Source of the DNA: Octopus sinensis
Lineage: Eukaryota
DNA length: 64,000 nucleotides
Assembly (NCBI RefSeq): GCF_006345805.1
Contig: NC_042999.1
Location: forward strand, 40,672,001-40,736,000
Reading direction: 5' to 3'
In this document: positions 13,677-26,610 of the stretch, piece after piece
Numbering within the stretch: the stretch's first letter is position 1
Layout of the letters: every line of letters starts with the position of its first letter
The notes under the pieces: generated by a model
What the model was told of the DNA's origin: nothing
The model's database searches: none
The model's input: only the letters and a program-made list of their open reading frames with translations
Position numbers and translations under genes: made by a program

Positions 13677-14835
13677 CATTATTTATTTATTTATTTTAGT
13701 TATTTAAAGAACGAACTGGCAGAATTGCTAGTGCGGTATTTCGCCCATCGCTACGTTCTAAGTTCAAAATCCGCCGAGGTCGACTTTCGATGTCGATAAA
13801 TTAAGTACCAGTTGAGTACTGGGGTCGATGTAATCGACTTAACCTCCCCCCACAAATTTCAGGCTGTGTGCCTATAGTAGAAGGGATTATCATTACTATT
13901 ATTATTATTATTATTATTATTATATTATTATTATTATTATTATTATTACTATTGGCAGTGAACTAGTAGAATCGTTAGCATGCCGCACGTAATGCTTAGC
14001 GGTGTTTCGTTCGTATTCCATTCTGAGTTCAAATTCAGCCGAGGTCGACTCTGCCTTTCATTCTTTCAGGATCGAAAAACGATGTAACAGTGAATCACAG
14101 GGGTCGATGTAATCAGCAAGTCCCCTCCCACCGAATTTGATTCTTCGTGCTTTAGTAGGACTGATTATTACTATTCATTTTTAAGGCGGTGAGCTGGCAG
14201 TTTCGTTAGTACCCCGAGCGAAATGCTTAGCGGTATTTCATCTACCGTTACGTTCTGAGTTCAAATTCCGCCGAGGTCGACTTTGCCTTTCGTCCTTTCG
14301 GGGTCGATAAATTAAGTACCAGCTGTGCACTGAGGTCGATGTAATCGACTTAATCCGTTTGTCCGTCCTTGTTTGTCCCCTCTAGCTCCTTATGGGCAAT
14401 AAAGAAATAAGAATCGTTAGTACGCCGGACAAAGTAGCTAACGGTATTTAGTCCGTCTTCACCTTGTCAGTTCAAATTCCGAAGAGGGGGCAACTTTGCC
14501 ATAGACCTCTTAGTGGTTGATTAACTAAGTATCACCTGATCAGTGGAGTTCGTGTAATCGACTAGCCCCGTTCAATCCAAACCTTTAAGGTTTGCACAGA
14601 AGCCATTATCAATAATTTTAAGACAGCAAGCAGGCAGAATTGGTAAAGCACCGAAAAATAATACTTTACAGTATGTTTGCTTCCACCTTATTTTTAAATT
14701 CGAGATTACATCTTGCCGAGGTCAGTTTTGTCTTTTATCCTTTGTGGATCGATAAAATAAAGTACCCGTGAAGCACTTGAGTCGATGATAATGATTAATC
14801 CCTTCATCTCAAAATTGTTGGTCTTCTGCCCAGAA
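13395..14835 (+). mobile_element. Cluster of about six same-orientation SINE family B copies interleaved with (ATT)n
   Basis: The gagttcaaattccgccgaggtcgac...aagtaccag...gtcgatgtaatcgac core recurs at ~13430, 13760, 14025, 14255, 14470 and 14715. Confidence 0.88.
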
Positions 14836-14887
14836 ACCTCCTCCGCGTCCACCTCCACCTCATCATCATCATCGCCATCAACACCAT

Positions 14888-14888
14888 C

Positions 14889-14970
<82 letters not shown>

Positions 14971-14993
14971 CTAGTAGTAGTAGTAGTAGTAGT

Positions 14994-15081
<88 letters not shown>

Positions 15082-15147
15082 TCAGCAGCAGCAGAAGCAG
15101 TAGCAGCAGCAGCAGGGGTGTTGGTGATTGTGGTGGGGATGATAGTA

Positions 15148-15189
<42 letters not shown>

Positions 15190-15190
15190 A
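14888..15190. repeat. Alternating (TAG)n/(CAG)n microsatellite
   Basis: Directly visible. Confidence 0.95.
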
Positions 15191-15374
15191 TGGCGGTGGT
15201 GGTGAGGGGATGTTCGGTAGTAGTAGGTAGTGGTTGTGGTGGGCTATGCAACTTGAAATCAAAGCGTTTGTTACTTGAAGGACGGTAATAATTTATATAT
15301 TTTGCCAACACGAATATTTTTTTTTATTGCACAACACGCAACACGAGAAAGACAATAAGAGAGCTAAAATAAGA

Positions 15375-16185
15375 AGCGGAGCTTCGTGGTATACTGTTTA
15401 TTTCCCAACCATATCGTTCTGGTTTCAGTCCCATTGCATGTTACCTTGGGCGGATGTGTTTCGCAATGATCCCCAGGCCGACCAAAGCGTTGTCAAATTT
15501 GTAGACAGAAACTGAAAGAATCCTGTTGTATACAAAATATATGTATATAGGCGCAGGCGTGGGTGTGTGTTAAGAAGCTTGCTTCCTAACCACATGGTTC
15601 TGGATTCAGTCCTACTTCGAGACACTTTGGGCAAGTGTCTACTACTATAGCATCGAGCCGATCAAAGACTTGTGAGTGGATTTGGTTGACGGAAACTAAA
15701 AGAATCCTATCGTATGTGTGTGTGTGTGTGTGAGTTTGTGTCTGTGTTTGGCCCCCTCCGTTGCTTGACAAATGATGTTGGTGTGTTTACGTCCCCGTAA
15801 CATAGCGGTTCGGCAAATGTACCCGATAGATGAGCACCAGGCTTACAAAAATTAAGTCTTGGGATCGCTTTCTTCAACTAAAAATAGCGGTGCTCCAGTA
15901 TGGCCGCAGTCAGATGGCTGAGACAAGTAAGTGAATAAGAGAATCTATGTGTATATATGTCTTTGAGTTTGTGTTTTGTTTGTCCTCCGCCATCGCTTTA
16001 CGACAGATGTTGGTTTGTTTACGTTCCTGTAAGTTAAACAGTTTGGTGAAAGAGACCTACGGAGTAAGTACCAGACCTCAAAAAAACCAGTACTGGAATC
16101 GATTTTGTTTGACTTAAGCTCTCAAAAGCGGTACCCCGGTATAGCTGCAGTTCAATGGCGGAAACTAGTGGAACGTTAAAAAAGA
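15375..16185 (+). mobile_element. Three adjacent SINE family A copies (5' half 15375-15530, full 15550-15942, 3' half 15945-16185)
   Basis: Match the family A consensus. Confidence 0.88.
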
Positions 16186-16814
16186 AAAGACAAATAAACA
16201 GAAACAATTTGAACATTAGATAAACAATAAAAAAAAGTGTGAAAACTAAAAGTATGGAAGAAACGAATAAATAATCTACTGCAATATTTTACAGATTTGT
16301 TAGTTCATACTGATCGACTTTTAATTCATTCTAGCTTATTTGTCGATGGTTTAAGCGGCTTATCTGACTTGCGTAGAAGCAGAAATCATCAATAATTAAC
16401 AGAGTGAGTGAGTGAGTGAGTGAATGAGAGAGTGAGTGAGAGAGTGAGTGAGTGTTTGAAGTGATGGCGTCGTGAATGAACAATTGATTAACTGACCTGA
16501 ATGAGTTTTATATTGTGGTTTTTCAGTGTTTGGAAGGTGGAATAAAGAGAGAGAGAGAGAAGCGAGGAGATACAAATGGAATGAAAAAGGGAGAGAAGAA
16601 ATTGAAAGTGTGTGGGGAGAAGATATGAAGTAAGAGACATACAGATAGGGAGAGAGAGGGATTTGGAAAGAAAACAGAGGACGTTTTAGAAGTATTCTAT
16701 AAGTGTGAATGTGTAAAGAAATGCAAGCAGTGGTGAAGGACAGGCCAGAAAAAAGCATTGTCTAAATAAAACAGGAAACTAATAGGATTATATATGTGTA
16801 TATATATGAATGCG

Positions 16815-17142
16815 AGAGCGCGTGGCTTAGTGGTTAGGGCATTCGGCTCATGATCGTAAGGTTGTGAGTTCGATTCCCGGCGACGCGTTGTGTCCTTGAG
16901 CAAGACATTATATTTCACGTTGCTCCAGTCCACTCAGCTGGCAAAAATGAGTAGTACCTGTATTTCAAAAAAGGGCCAGCCTTGTCACACTCTGTGTCAC
17001 GCTGAATCTCTTTGCGAACTGCGTTAAGGGTACACGTGTCTGTGGGGTGCTCAGCCACTTACACGTTAATTTCACGAGCAAGCTGTTCCGTTGATCATAT
17101 CAGGTGGGACCCTCGTCGTCGTAACCGACGGAGTGTTCCTTT
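16815..17142 (+). mobile_element. SINE family C with 12-bp TSD
   Basis: tRNA-like A and B boxes; tatatgaatgcg at 16803-16814 and 17143-17154. Confidence 0.93.
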
Positions 17143-17399
17143 TATATGAATGCGTTTGTGTATACATATATAGGTGTGTATGTGTGTGTGTATATATGTA
17201 TGTGTCTGGAAATACGTGCGTTTGAGAACGAAGAGCAGACGAACAGAGATAGGAGAAAGTCAATGGTTTAAATAAAGAGACAGGAGAAGAGTGTAGGAGT
17301 TAGAGGTAGATAAACTAACAGCGATAAAGGAAGTAGTTTGGATGAGAAGAAAAATATATTGCTTGGAAATGAAAACGTTTGAGTTCATATAAATATCTG

Positions 17400-17414
17400 T
17401 GTATATATATGTGT

Positions 17415-17448
<34 letters not shown>

Positions 17449-17467
17449 CATACATATATATATATAT

Positions 17468-17519
<52 letters not shown>

Positions 17520-17528
17520 CATACATAT

Positions 17529-17572
<44 letters not shown>

Positions 17573-17603
17573 TACATATATATAAATATAGAGAGAGAAA
17601 GCG

Positions 17604-17646
<43 letters not shown>

Positions 17647-17730
17647 TACATGCATACACACATCTATAAATTAGTAAGTGAGAAAGAGAAAGAGAGAGAG
17701 ATGAGAGAGAGAGAGAGAGAGAGAAAGAGA
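17400..17730. repeat. (TA)n/(GA)n microsatellite block
   Basis: Directly visible. Confidence 0.95.
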
Positions 17731-18252
17731 ATCTAATCAAGAAGTAAAATTAGGTAAAAGAAAAAATAGAAAAGAAATTACAGAAAATGAAAACCGAGAA
17801 GACAGGAGACAGCCTTACAATGTATATATGTGTATATATGTGTACGAATGTAAATACATATATATCTGTTTATGTTAATATACAAACATATATGTGTATG
17901 TGCATACGATTATATATGTCCGTATGCGTTTGTACATACGATTATATGTGTGTGTATGTATATGTATGATTATACGTGAGTATGTATATGTCTGTATTTG
18001 AGAATGGATGTCTGTATACGTATGCATGTTGAAAGGAGTAATAAAAAGATTTCAGGGAAAGCTTCTTTCTCTGCAGATAGAATATGGTAGAGGTCAGCTT
18101 GAATTGAAATATATTACAATTGGTCCAATATTGATTGATTCATCTAATATTTATTTGTTTTTTTTTCTTTTATATCTGTTTATGATCATCATCATCATAA
18201 TGCTCATCAGCATCTACAACAAAACGACATTTTTATTGTTGTTGTTGTTGTC

Positions 18253-18321
<69 letters not shown>

Positions 18322-18556
18322 GTTATTATTTTTATTAATCATCATTTTATTTAGATTTATCTTGGTTGCCGACTTGTTTTCTTCTTTTCATTTTTTTCTC
18401 CATTTTAATTTCAAAGCTACACATGGCATTATTGAAAAAAAAATTCAATCAATATGGAACTTCGGCATATTGGCAATAATTGAAATAAAAATGTCTGTAA
18501 TTGAAAAAAGTAAGATTCTAAAAAAGCGAAGAAAGGAAACTGTGAGATAGAAAGGA

Positions 18557-18612
<56 letters not shown>

Positions 18613-19482
18613 TAAAGAGAAAAGTGAAAAAAAATATTTAAAAAAAGCATCAGAACTATGTAAATATCAAATAGGATAAATTACAATTATATAATTAAAA
18701 CTTGCTTTAAGTTGTTGCTAATTCATATCTCAGTGGTTTGAAGGTAATGAGAAATACTCGCTTTCCTTTCGAGACCGGAATGTTTCGATTCGGTATTTAA
18801 GCTTTCGATTTTGGCACCGAGGATAGAACGATAAAATTGACGGAGGAATATCGTCACATTTCTAAACTTTGATTATACTTAGGAATCAAGAACGTATGTG
18901 TTACAGCAATTTTTTGCATTTATCGGTTCATGGCGCTTATATCGTTTGGAAAATGTAAGAAACCTAAGGTGTGGTATTTTCTGTATTAGTATTAGACATC
19001 GAAAGATGACCGGAAAATACAGCTATGGAAATGTAGCTTATTACTGAAAATAATTGAAACTGAACATCATTGAATGTTTGCGTCGTACAATTCTCAATAG
19101 AAAATCTACTGTTTTCCAAGGTGTACCCTGTTCCTTTGGTCCATTGCAAAACATTGTAGAATTGTCTTTTCCTCCACTGCCCAATTAATGGTGGGTTGTA
19201 AGCTGTACCTTGCAGAAAAAGCAGCTAACCTCTATCCCACTCAGCAGCCATCTTCTTACAGTACACACTTAGGATATGTTCTCTAGTTCTATCCTCATCT
19301 CCATGTCTCTATGTACTTTTACATACACACATATATATACATACGTAAATATATACATATATGCGTGCGTGTGTGTGTATGTGTGCGAGTGAACGTGTAT
19401 GTTTGTATATAAATGCGTACATGAGTGTATATATTTGATTGTACATATACACATACATATAACGCACGCACACGCATATATA

Positions 19483-19613
<131 letters not shown>

Positions 19614-19614
19614 A

Positions 19615-20003
19615 CTTCGTCACAATCATTGGAGTCTTGGAGCGGGCCGAGATCCCCAGCATTGAAGCCATGCTACTGAAGTACCACCTCCGATGAGCAG
19701 GGCATGTCCCAAGAATGGAGAACCATCGCCTTCCAAAGATTGCTCTGTTTAGCGAACTCTCCACCGGCCACCGAGTGAGAGAAGCTCCGAGGAAGCGCTA
19801 CAAAGACAGCATCAAGAAGTCTCTAACAGCATGCCAAATTAACCACCAATGCTGGTCAGACCTGGCTGCGGACCGTGATGTCTGGCGCCACACGATCTTC
19901 AACGCAGTCAGCAAGTTTGAGGTACAAAGAAGAGACGCACTTAAAGACAAGAGACCCAGGAGAAATGCGCGAGCCGCCTCTGACACCACACCGGATGTTA
20001 CCT
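19615..20003 (+). mobile_element. RTE-clade LINE ORF2 C-terminal fragment
   Basis: Reads [46 protein letters not shown]...PRKRYKDSIKKSL...WSDLAADRDVWR; contains a premature stop. Confidence 0.88.
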
Positions 20004-20351
20004 TATATATATATATATCCACGTATGTGTGTGTACTGTATTATATATTATATGATATTATATTATCTACTATAATAATACTCTTATGTTTTCTCTCTCA
20101 CAAGATATGAATGCAAAAGAAAGGGATGACGGATGAATAAGGAAGGAAGGGGTGATGGAAAGCTGGTAGGGGAGCGTTTCAACGCTGTGTAAGTATATGT
20201 GTGCATGTGTGTGCGTGTACAAAGGAAGTATATAAATGTTTATATGCGTGAACTACCGTTCTTTCAGTAACAAACGATGATCGATGTCACATCTAAAATG
20301 ACAACCACTTGATAACATTGACAAGTGTATTAATTTGGTTTACCATCCATA

Positions 20352-20746
20352 TCTTTATATGTAAAAGTAAGGTTGTGTGTCTGTCTCCTACGATTTAGAT
20401 TCCTAACTAGTCCCACACTTTGCGGTGCAGTTTAACCAAAACCGAGTATCCTATAGTCGCGATTCATATCGAGCCCTTCTGGGTATTAGCGCGCGTCTAC
20501 GATTAGTCTACGATTTAAAAAATAATTTGCCATCATTTTTTTCCATTTTAATGCATTTTTTAGCTATTATATAAGGGAAGTAACTCTCTAAAAATGTCTA
20601 CGATGAGTCAACGATTTAAAAAAAAATTTACCATCATTTTTTTCCATTTTTAATGCATTTTTTTGCTATTTTTGGCTATAACTCTCTAAAAATGCTTTAT
20701 AGTTATTTCCCTTACAAACCCGAGCAACGCCGGGCGATACTGCTAG
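20352..20746 (+). mobile_element. Complete non-autonomous Helitron
   Basis: A|TC 5' end, subterminal hairpin cccgagcaacgccggg, CTAG|T 3' end, no TSD, and an internal ~100-bp duplication. Confidence 0.88.
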
Positions 20747-21567
20747 TTTATATATAAAATACTACAATTATCCGTCATTTTTGACGGCCAGGGTCCAGCT
20801 AGTATTATATATTATATTAGCGACAGGATCGGTATTACTACCAAAGGACATTCTTTGTATTCTGCTACACTACATATAGATTCGGTATTAGAACGCTGAC
20901 TACTGCGGTATTCGCTTTGTGGAGTCCTCCATGTAGAAAGTATGTTACTGAAAGCGCAGGCATACATCGTAGTATCTGAGAATCGTCTTTCGTTCAAGAT
21001 ACAAATATTTTGGAGTCCTATTTTGTCTTCTTTCAATACACAAATATGAAATGTGTGAAATTCTAAAGTTTACATCCTGATATTCTCTCGAAAAGTTTGT
21101 CCTCTACATGCTGCCAACAGCTTTGGATTGTACCAATGACCAAAGCTCTTGCATTTTTCGCGAGCAAATCCATTAAACTGAATGTTGTTGTCGTTCTTGC
21201 TACTGATGTTGATGTTGTTACTTACCTTCATGTCAGGCCAGACAGAGCAAGGATTATGGTCAAAAGAAAATGACGATGACGATGCGGAGGTGAAGCACGA
21301 CAACGAGGAGTGGGGGGCATGGACGAGGAAAACGACCACGTCGACAACAAAACGGGCAATAATAAGGATGACCATAATGATCATGATAATGAGGACGAGG
21401 ATGATGATGAACGGTGATGGCGACGACGTGGACGATGGTGACGTTAATGGTGATGATAATAGTGGTGGTGGTGGCGGTGGTGGAGAGAAGGAGGAGGAGG
21501 GGAAAGAGGAGGTGATTGTGGTGATGGTGGCGCGACGGAAGCGGTAGTGGTAGCGGTAGTGGTGAAA

Positions 21568-21802
21568 AGGCGACGAGCTGGTAGAATCGTTAGCCCGCCG
21601 GGTGAAATGCTTAGTGGTATTTAGTCTGCCGCTACGTTCTGAGTTTAAATTCCGCCGAGGTCGACTTTGCCTTTCATCCTTTCGGGGTCGATAAATTAAG
21701 TCCCAGTTACGCCCTGGGGTCGATGTAATCGACTAAATACCTATGTCTGTCCTTGTTTGTCCACTCTATGTTTAGCCCCTTGTGGGTAGTAAAGAAATAG
21801 GT
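21568..21802 (+). mobile_element. SINE family B, full-length
   Basis: Matches 61716-61940. Confidence 0.93.
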
Positions 21803-22699
21803 AATGATGGCGATGGTGACGTGGAACACAACGACGACGTGGATGATGATGATAATGATGACGATGATGATGATGATGATGGTCATCATCATCATCATCA
21901 TGTTAATGAAGATGGCGCCGACGACAATGACCGTATAAAAAAAATGATAGACTACTATGCGCTTTTAAACGTGAACGATTCCCTCGTCTGTATTGTAATG
22001 TTTATATCAGATACTTTCTAATAATCAGGTGTGTGTGTGTGTGTGTGAGTGTGTGTGTGTGTGTGAGAGAGAGTGTGTGTGTGTGTGTGTGTGTGTACTT
22101 ACTGACATTTCTATGTAGACACATGAATTGATGCACAGTTAGCATAACTGGACAAAGACAACGATTCGATGGTAATTATGAAACGGCAATTCAAAGCAGA
22201 AAAATAATTTAAATACAAATTAGTGTTTTTTGTTTTTGTTTTTTTATTATTGATTTATTTCTATGCGTAGCTCAAAAAATCGAAATTTACTTTAATCGAA
22301 GACAGATGAAAGAAATATAATTAGAAGGAATTTGAATTCGAAACACGCCTGTTTACAAAATGTTTGTCTGTTCTGTCTTCATATTTTATTGGTAACAGAA
22401 AATGTTAACTCTGTAACGAAATAAAGAACCAGATCCATGCATCTCTATCGGAAATATTAACATTTTTTTGGCCGTATATGGTGGATAACCAAAGACGTAA
22501 ATAACAAGGAAAATATTCAAAACATTCACCTTCACACATCACACTGGGAGCCTTTTTGTGGTTTGTTGGGCCTGCCAAACATAGCAGCCAAACGTTGAAA
22601 TTCCTGCCTTTAAAAAGAAAAGAGGTTTTAAGTATAGAATATTTGAAAAACAAAAATGGAAGACTGACGAAGTTGACACGGCTAAAAATGCTTTGGTCA

Positions 22700-22785
22700 T
22701 ATGTCTACTCAATGATAAATGATTTGGAAATGAATAGAAATAAACCATAAAAGCAGGTGTCCTTGATATTTTGATCACCCTACAC
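22700..22785. mobile_element. Possible Tc1/mariner terminal remnant
   Basis: Ends ...gatattttgatcacccta, a TIR-like end; the partner end was not found. Confidence 0.3.
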
Positions 22786-23254
22786 ACACATGCGCGCGCA
22801 TATGTCTATGTGTAAAAATATATGCATACTGCTTATAGTTGTCAGTCAGTGTTAACGACGACGTTGTCCTCTAGGAGTCTTCTGTATTTTGCGAGTTGAT
22901 AGATGTGAAAAATACGAATGTTTATATAGATAACATAGTGCAACAATTGTTATTGAAAATGTTAACGGTGCCGTATTTAAAAAAAGAAATTGCAAATTAC
23001 ATACACACACACAAACATATGTATATCGCTATGGGCTCCGTGTGGGCAGTCATCTAAGAGTTTTGTTCATCTTGATGCTGACATAAGTTCCTTGTTTTTC
23101 CCGATGAGAAGGCGGCATAATGCACCCCTTATTCCTTCGAAATTAGGAATATGCAGCCTTCGAAACATATGTCGAGAATAAGGAATTTTGTTAAATCGTT
23201 GTTCAACTCCATTCTTTCATTTATTTATATATATATATATATATACACATGTAT

Positions 23255-23378
23255 ATGGTCTGCTAGCTTAGCCAGCGGGGTGGCGGCATTTGAAGGCTAA
23301 AACAATGCGAAGCGCATTGTGACCAGCGATGTGTAGCAACACCTGATAGCCTGGTCGGTCACGGTGATCACTGTGATA
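23255..23378 (+). mobile_element. Probable LINE (RTE-like) 3' UTR remnant
   Basis: Ends in a short tandem tail (tcacggtga tcactgtga ta) within TA-rich sequence. The family call is from recall only. Confidence 0.4.
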
Positions 23379-23734
23379 TACATGTATATACATGGTCATT
23401 CACATAAGCGAATGCAATTAACGGCCAATGAGAGGACGTGCACAAGAAATGTATAAGCCTGACGCTCGGTGAAAAGAGAAAGTTTGATGTTTTGAGCATA
23501 CTGCTTCGACGGAAGAGAGAAAGGCAAAAGTCCAAAGAAGGAAAGCAAATCGTCAAATTCACGTGTGTAATTACGTTATATATGCCCTTCAAACCCATAC
23601 GGTGCTCCGGCATGGCCGCACTCAATGACTGACAATAAAAGCTAAAATAGAGAATGAGATAGAATTTCGTACAAAATTTCTGAAGGAACATTATTTACAT
23701 TTGATGGATATTTGTCCTCATCTTGTTTGTTGTT

Positions 23735-23772
23735 AACTCAACGTTTCGGTTGATCAGCCTTCATCAGGTGTC
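23735..23772 (-). ncRNA. Minimal type-I hammerhead motif (left arm)
   Basis: gacac-CTGATGA-a-ggctgatcaacc-GAAA-cgtt-gagtt, with a palindromic stem III (AACGTT). Confidence 0.7.
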
Positions 23773-23837
23773 TTGGGGAAATTTCGAACCTGGGTTCTCA
23801 TTCCCAAGGTATTTTTATGATGTTATTATTATTATTA

Positions 23838-23909
<72 letters not shown>

Positions 23910-24080
23910 TCAACGCCTGGAATCGAACTCGGAATCTTGGGGTTAGTAGCCCGCGCTCTTAACCTCAAGATACCGAGTTCGATTCCAGGCAGTGACTTGA
24001 ATAATAATAATAATAATAATAATAACAATAACATCGAAAAATACCTTAGGAATGAGAACCCAGGTTCGAAATTTCCCCAA

Positions 24081-24126
24081 GACACCTAATGAAGGCTGGA
24101 GGGTATATCAGTCGAAATGTTGTGTT
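24081..24126 (+). ncRNA. Minimal hammerhead motif (right arm, core mutated)
   Basis: gacac-CTAATGA-a-ggctg..cagtc-GAAA-tgtt-gtgtt; carries G5A. Confidence 0.6.
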
Positions 24127-24667
24127 AACAACAAACAAGATGAGGACAATATCCGTCAAATGTAAATAATGTAAATAATGTACGTAATTCCTCATCTCTT
24201 AAATACAAAACTGTATTTTCTGAAGGAACCTTAAAATTTTTCAGCTTAATCTCACCTTACCGTCTTTAGGAGAACGCGTAGCGTATTGGATGATATAAAC
24301 CGAAATAAATTACCTTTAAAAACACGGGATTATCACGGCTACAAGAATTGTAACATTATATCTGCTGGATAAAGGCTGATATTTTTGCAAAGATGTTCAA
24401 AGATGCAATAATTTTGATTATATGTCTGTTGGATAAAGACTAACTTTTTTTTTTTTTGGTAAATAACTGCATCTCTAAAGCATATTCATGAGTCAATTAT
24501 ATTATAAAAGGCATTTCTGATATGTCTGACAGACGTTTGCAATTATATTTCCCAGACTGAAATATAATCTTAAATCTACTCTGTGGTATATTGCATAATC
24601 ATATTATGGCACTAATTAATAAATCTCACTCAGAAGAGACGATATTTAGTGAATGTTGAATGAATAT

Positions 24668-24948
24668 GTAAACTGCGCATATTTCTTTGGTTGCTTGTGA
24701 AGTATTTTTCCCTTTACAGAAAAAGAAGATCATTAAGTACCCAAAATGAACTTTCTTATCTTCCATTTTAAGGGTTTACAGAATTAACAAAGGTTATATG
24801 AACATAAACCTTCTTCCACGAAAAGATAGCATAAACTGTGCTCTAAATGGAGTTGTAGTCAAATCCTATTTCATGGGCTCTACCATGTTCTAAAATAAGT
24901 CGAAAGGTAAGCTATTATAAATCGGCACGAACTTTCCGGACAACCCAA
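24668..24948 (-). mobile_element. mariner 5' end (TIR plus transposase N-terminus)
   Basis: TA|TTGGGTTGTCCGGAAAGTTCGTGCCGATTT TIR; the ATG at 24766 gives MEDKKVHFGYLMIFFFCKGKNTSQATKEICAVY. Confidence 0.8.
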
Positions 24949-25357
24949 TATATATAAACATAGTCGTATATATGTGCGAAGGCAGGCATTTACTGGAAGA
25001 CCCTGTCTATGTGTCTGCCAAGATATATATCAGAATCTGCTTACGTGTTTGTATGTAGGAATATGTAAGTAGGGATAGAAATTTTGTATGTATAAACGCT
25101 TGTATGTTCAGCTACGTGGGCTTTTAGAAGTGTACACACGTATTTACGTAAACATAATATACATGTATGTATGCATGTATATTATATATATTATATTATA
25201 TATTATATATATATATATATTATATATGTTAAGGTATGTAGAAAAATACAACATGGACAAGAACGTATAAATCATAGAAGACGATACAATAAACATGGAC
25301 AGACATTCGAACCCCTCAGTCTTCAGTCAAGAACCGGATCATCGTAGTAATTTCGGC

Positions 25358-25390
<33 letters not shown>

Positions 25391-25889
25391 ATATATATAT
25401 ATATATATAAATATAATATAATATATATATATACATGCATACATACATGTATATTATGTTTACGTAAATACTTGTGTACACTTCTAAAAGCCCACGTAGC
25501 TGAACATACAAGCGTTTATACATACAAAATTTCTATCCCTACTTACATCTAAATACCTACAAACACGTAAGCAGATTCTGATATATATTTTGGCAGACAC
25601 ATAGACAGGGCCTTCCAGTAAATGCCTGCCTTCGCACATATATACGACTATGTTTAAATATTGGGTTGTCCGGAAAGTTCGTGCCGATTTATAATAGCTT
25701 ACCTTTCGACTTATTTTAGACATTTAGAACATGGTCCCATGAAATAGGATTTGACTACAACTCCATTTAGAGCACAGTTTATGCTATCTTTTGTGGAAGA
25801 AGGTTTATGTTCAGATAACCTTTGTTAATTCTGTAACCCTTTAAAATGGAAGATAAGAAAGTTCATTTTGGGTACTTAATGATCTTCTT
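24723..25889. repeat. Inverted duplication with ~460-bp arms (24723-25181 / ~25430-25889)
   Basis: The arms are near-identical reverse complements; the spacer is (TA)n + a 130-bp stub + (TA)n. Confidence 0.93.
25227..25357 (-). mobile_element. Short PLE-like terminal stub in (TA)n
   Basis: Non-repetitive insert bounded by TA arrays at the palindrome centre. The PLE call is inferred from context. Confidence 0.45.
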
Positions 25890-26110
25890 ATATATATATA
25901 TATATATATATATATAGGATATATATTTATACATGTGTATTGGAGCTTGATTTTATAAGCTTCTATATTCACAAATCTGGACAGCGAAGCGTTATGACAT
26001 ATGTCGACGAATGTAATTTTTACGCTATTTAATAATACGTAAATACTCACGGATTGATAGGCAGACAAACAGACAGGCATGCATAATTAAATAGATCTGC
26101 CCACACAAAA

Positions 26111-26157
<47 letters not shown>

Positions 26158-26237
26158 TGCACACACACACACACACATTCACTCAAACATACATACACGT
26201 ATATGTATATATATGTGGGCGATGCAATACTTTCACA

Positions 26238-26546
26238 GGCGCAGGCGTGGTTGTGTGCTAAGAGACTTGCCTCCCAACCACACGCTTCAGGTTTCAGTCT
26301 CACTGCATGATACCTTGGATAAATATATTCTACTATACCCTCGGGTTGACCAATTTTTTGTGAATGGATTTAGCCGACAGAAATTAAAAGAGGCCCGCTT
26401 TGCTTGCGCTTATATATATATATATATATATACATACATATATAGTGGCACAGTGTATATAAATATATATGGTACAGTTAGATGTATATATATATATATA
26501 TATGTTATGCGCGTGTATGTCACCTTTTTACTCCTGGGTATTTTAT

Positions 26547-26610
<64 letters not shown>

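Larger units (their letters stand above)
23690..24216. mobile_element. Palindromic tRNA-head + (AAT)n + hammerhead element (putative PLE-dependent SINE) with 13-bp TSD
   Basis: Head-to-head inverted arms; tttctgaaggaac at 23677-23689 and 24217-24229; B box gagttcgattcc; HHR motif in each arm; ~40-nt extension on the right arm only. Confidence 0.85.

Noticed and set aside
21070-21384. Possible host exon (minus-strand ORF with CKSFGHWYNP; AG|GTAAGT near 21225)
   Set aside because: There is no convincing acceptor, the ORF runs through the donor and low-complexity sequence, and no domain is recognisable. RNA-seq would be needed.
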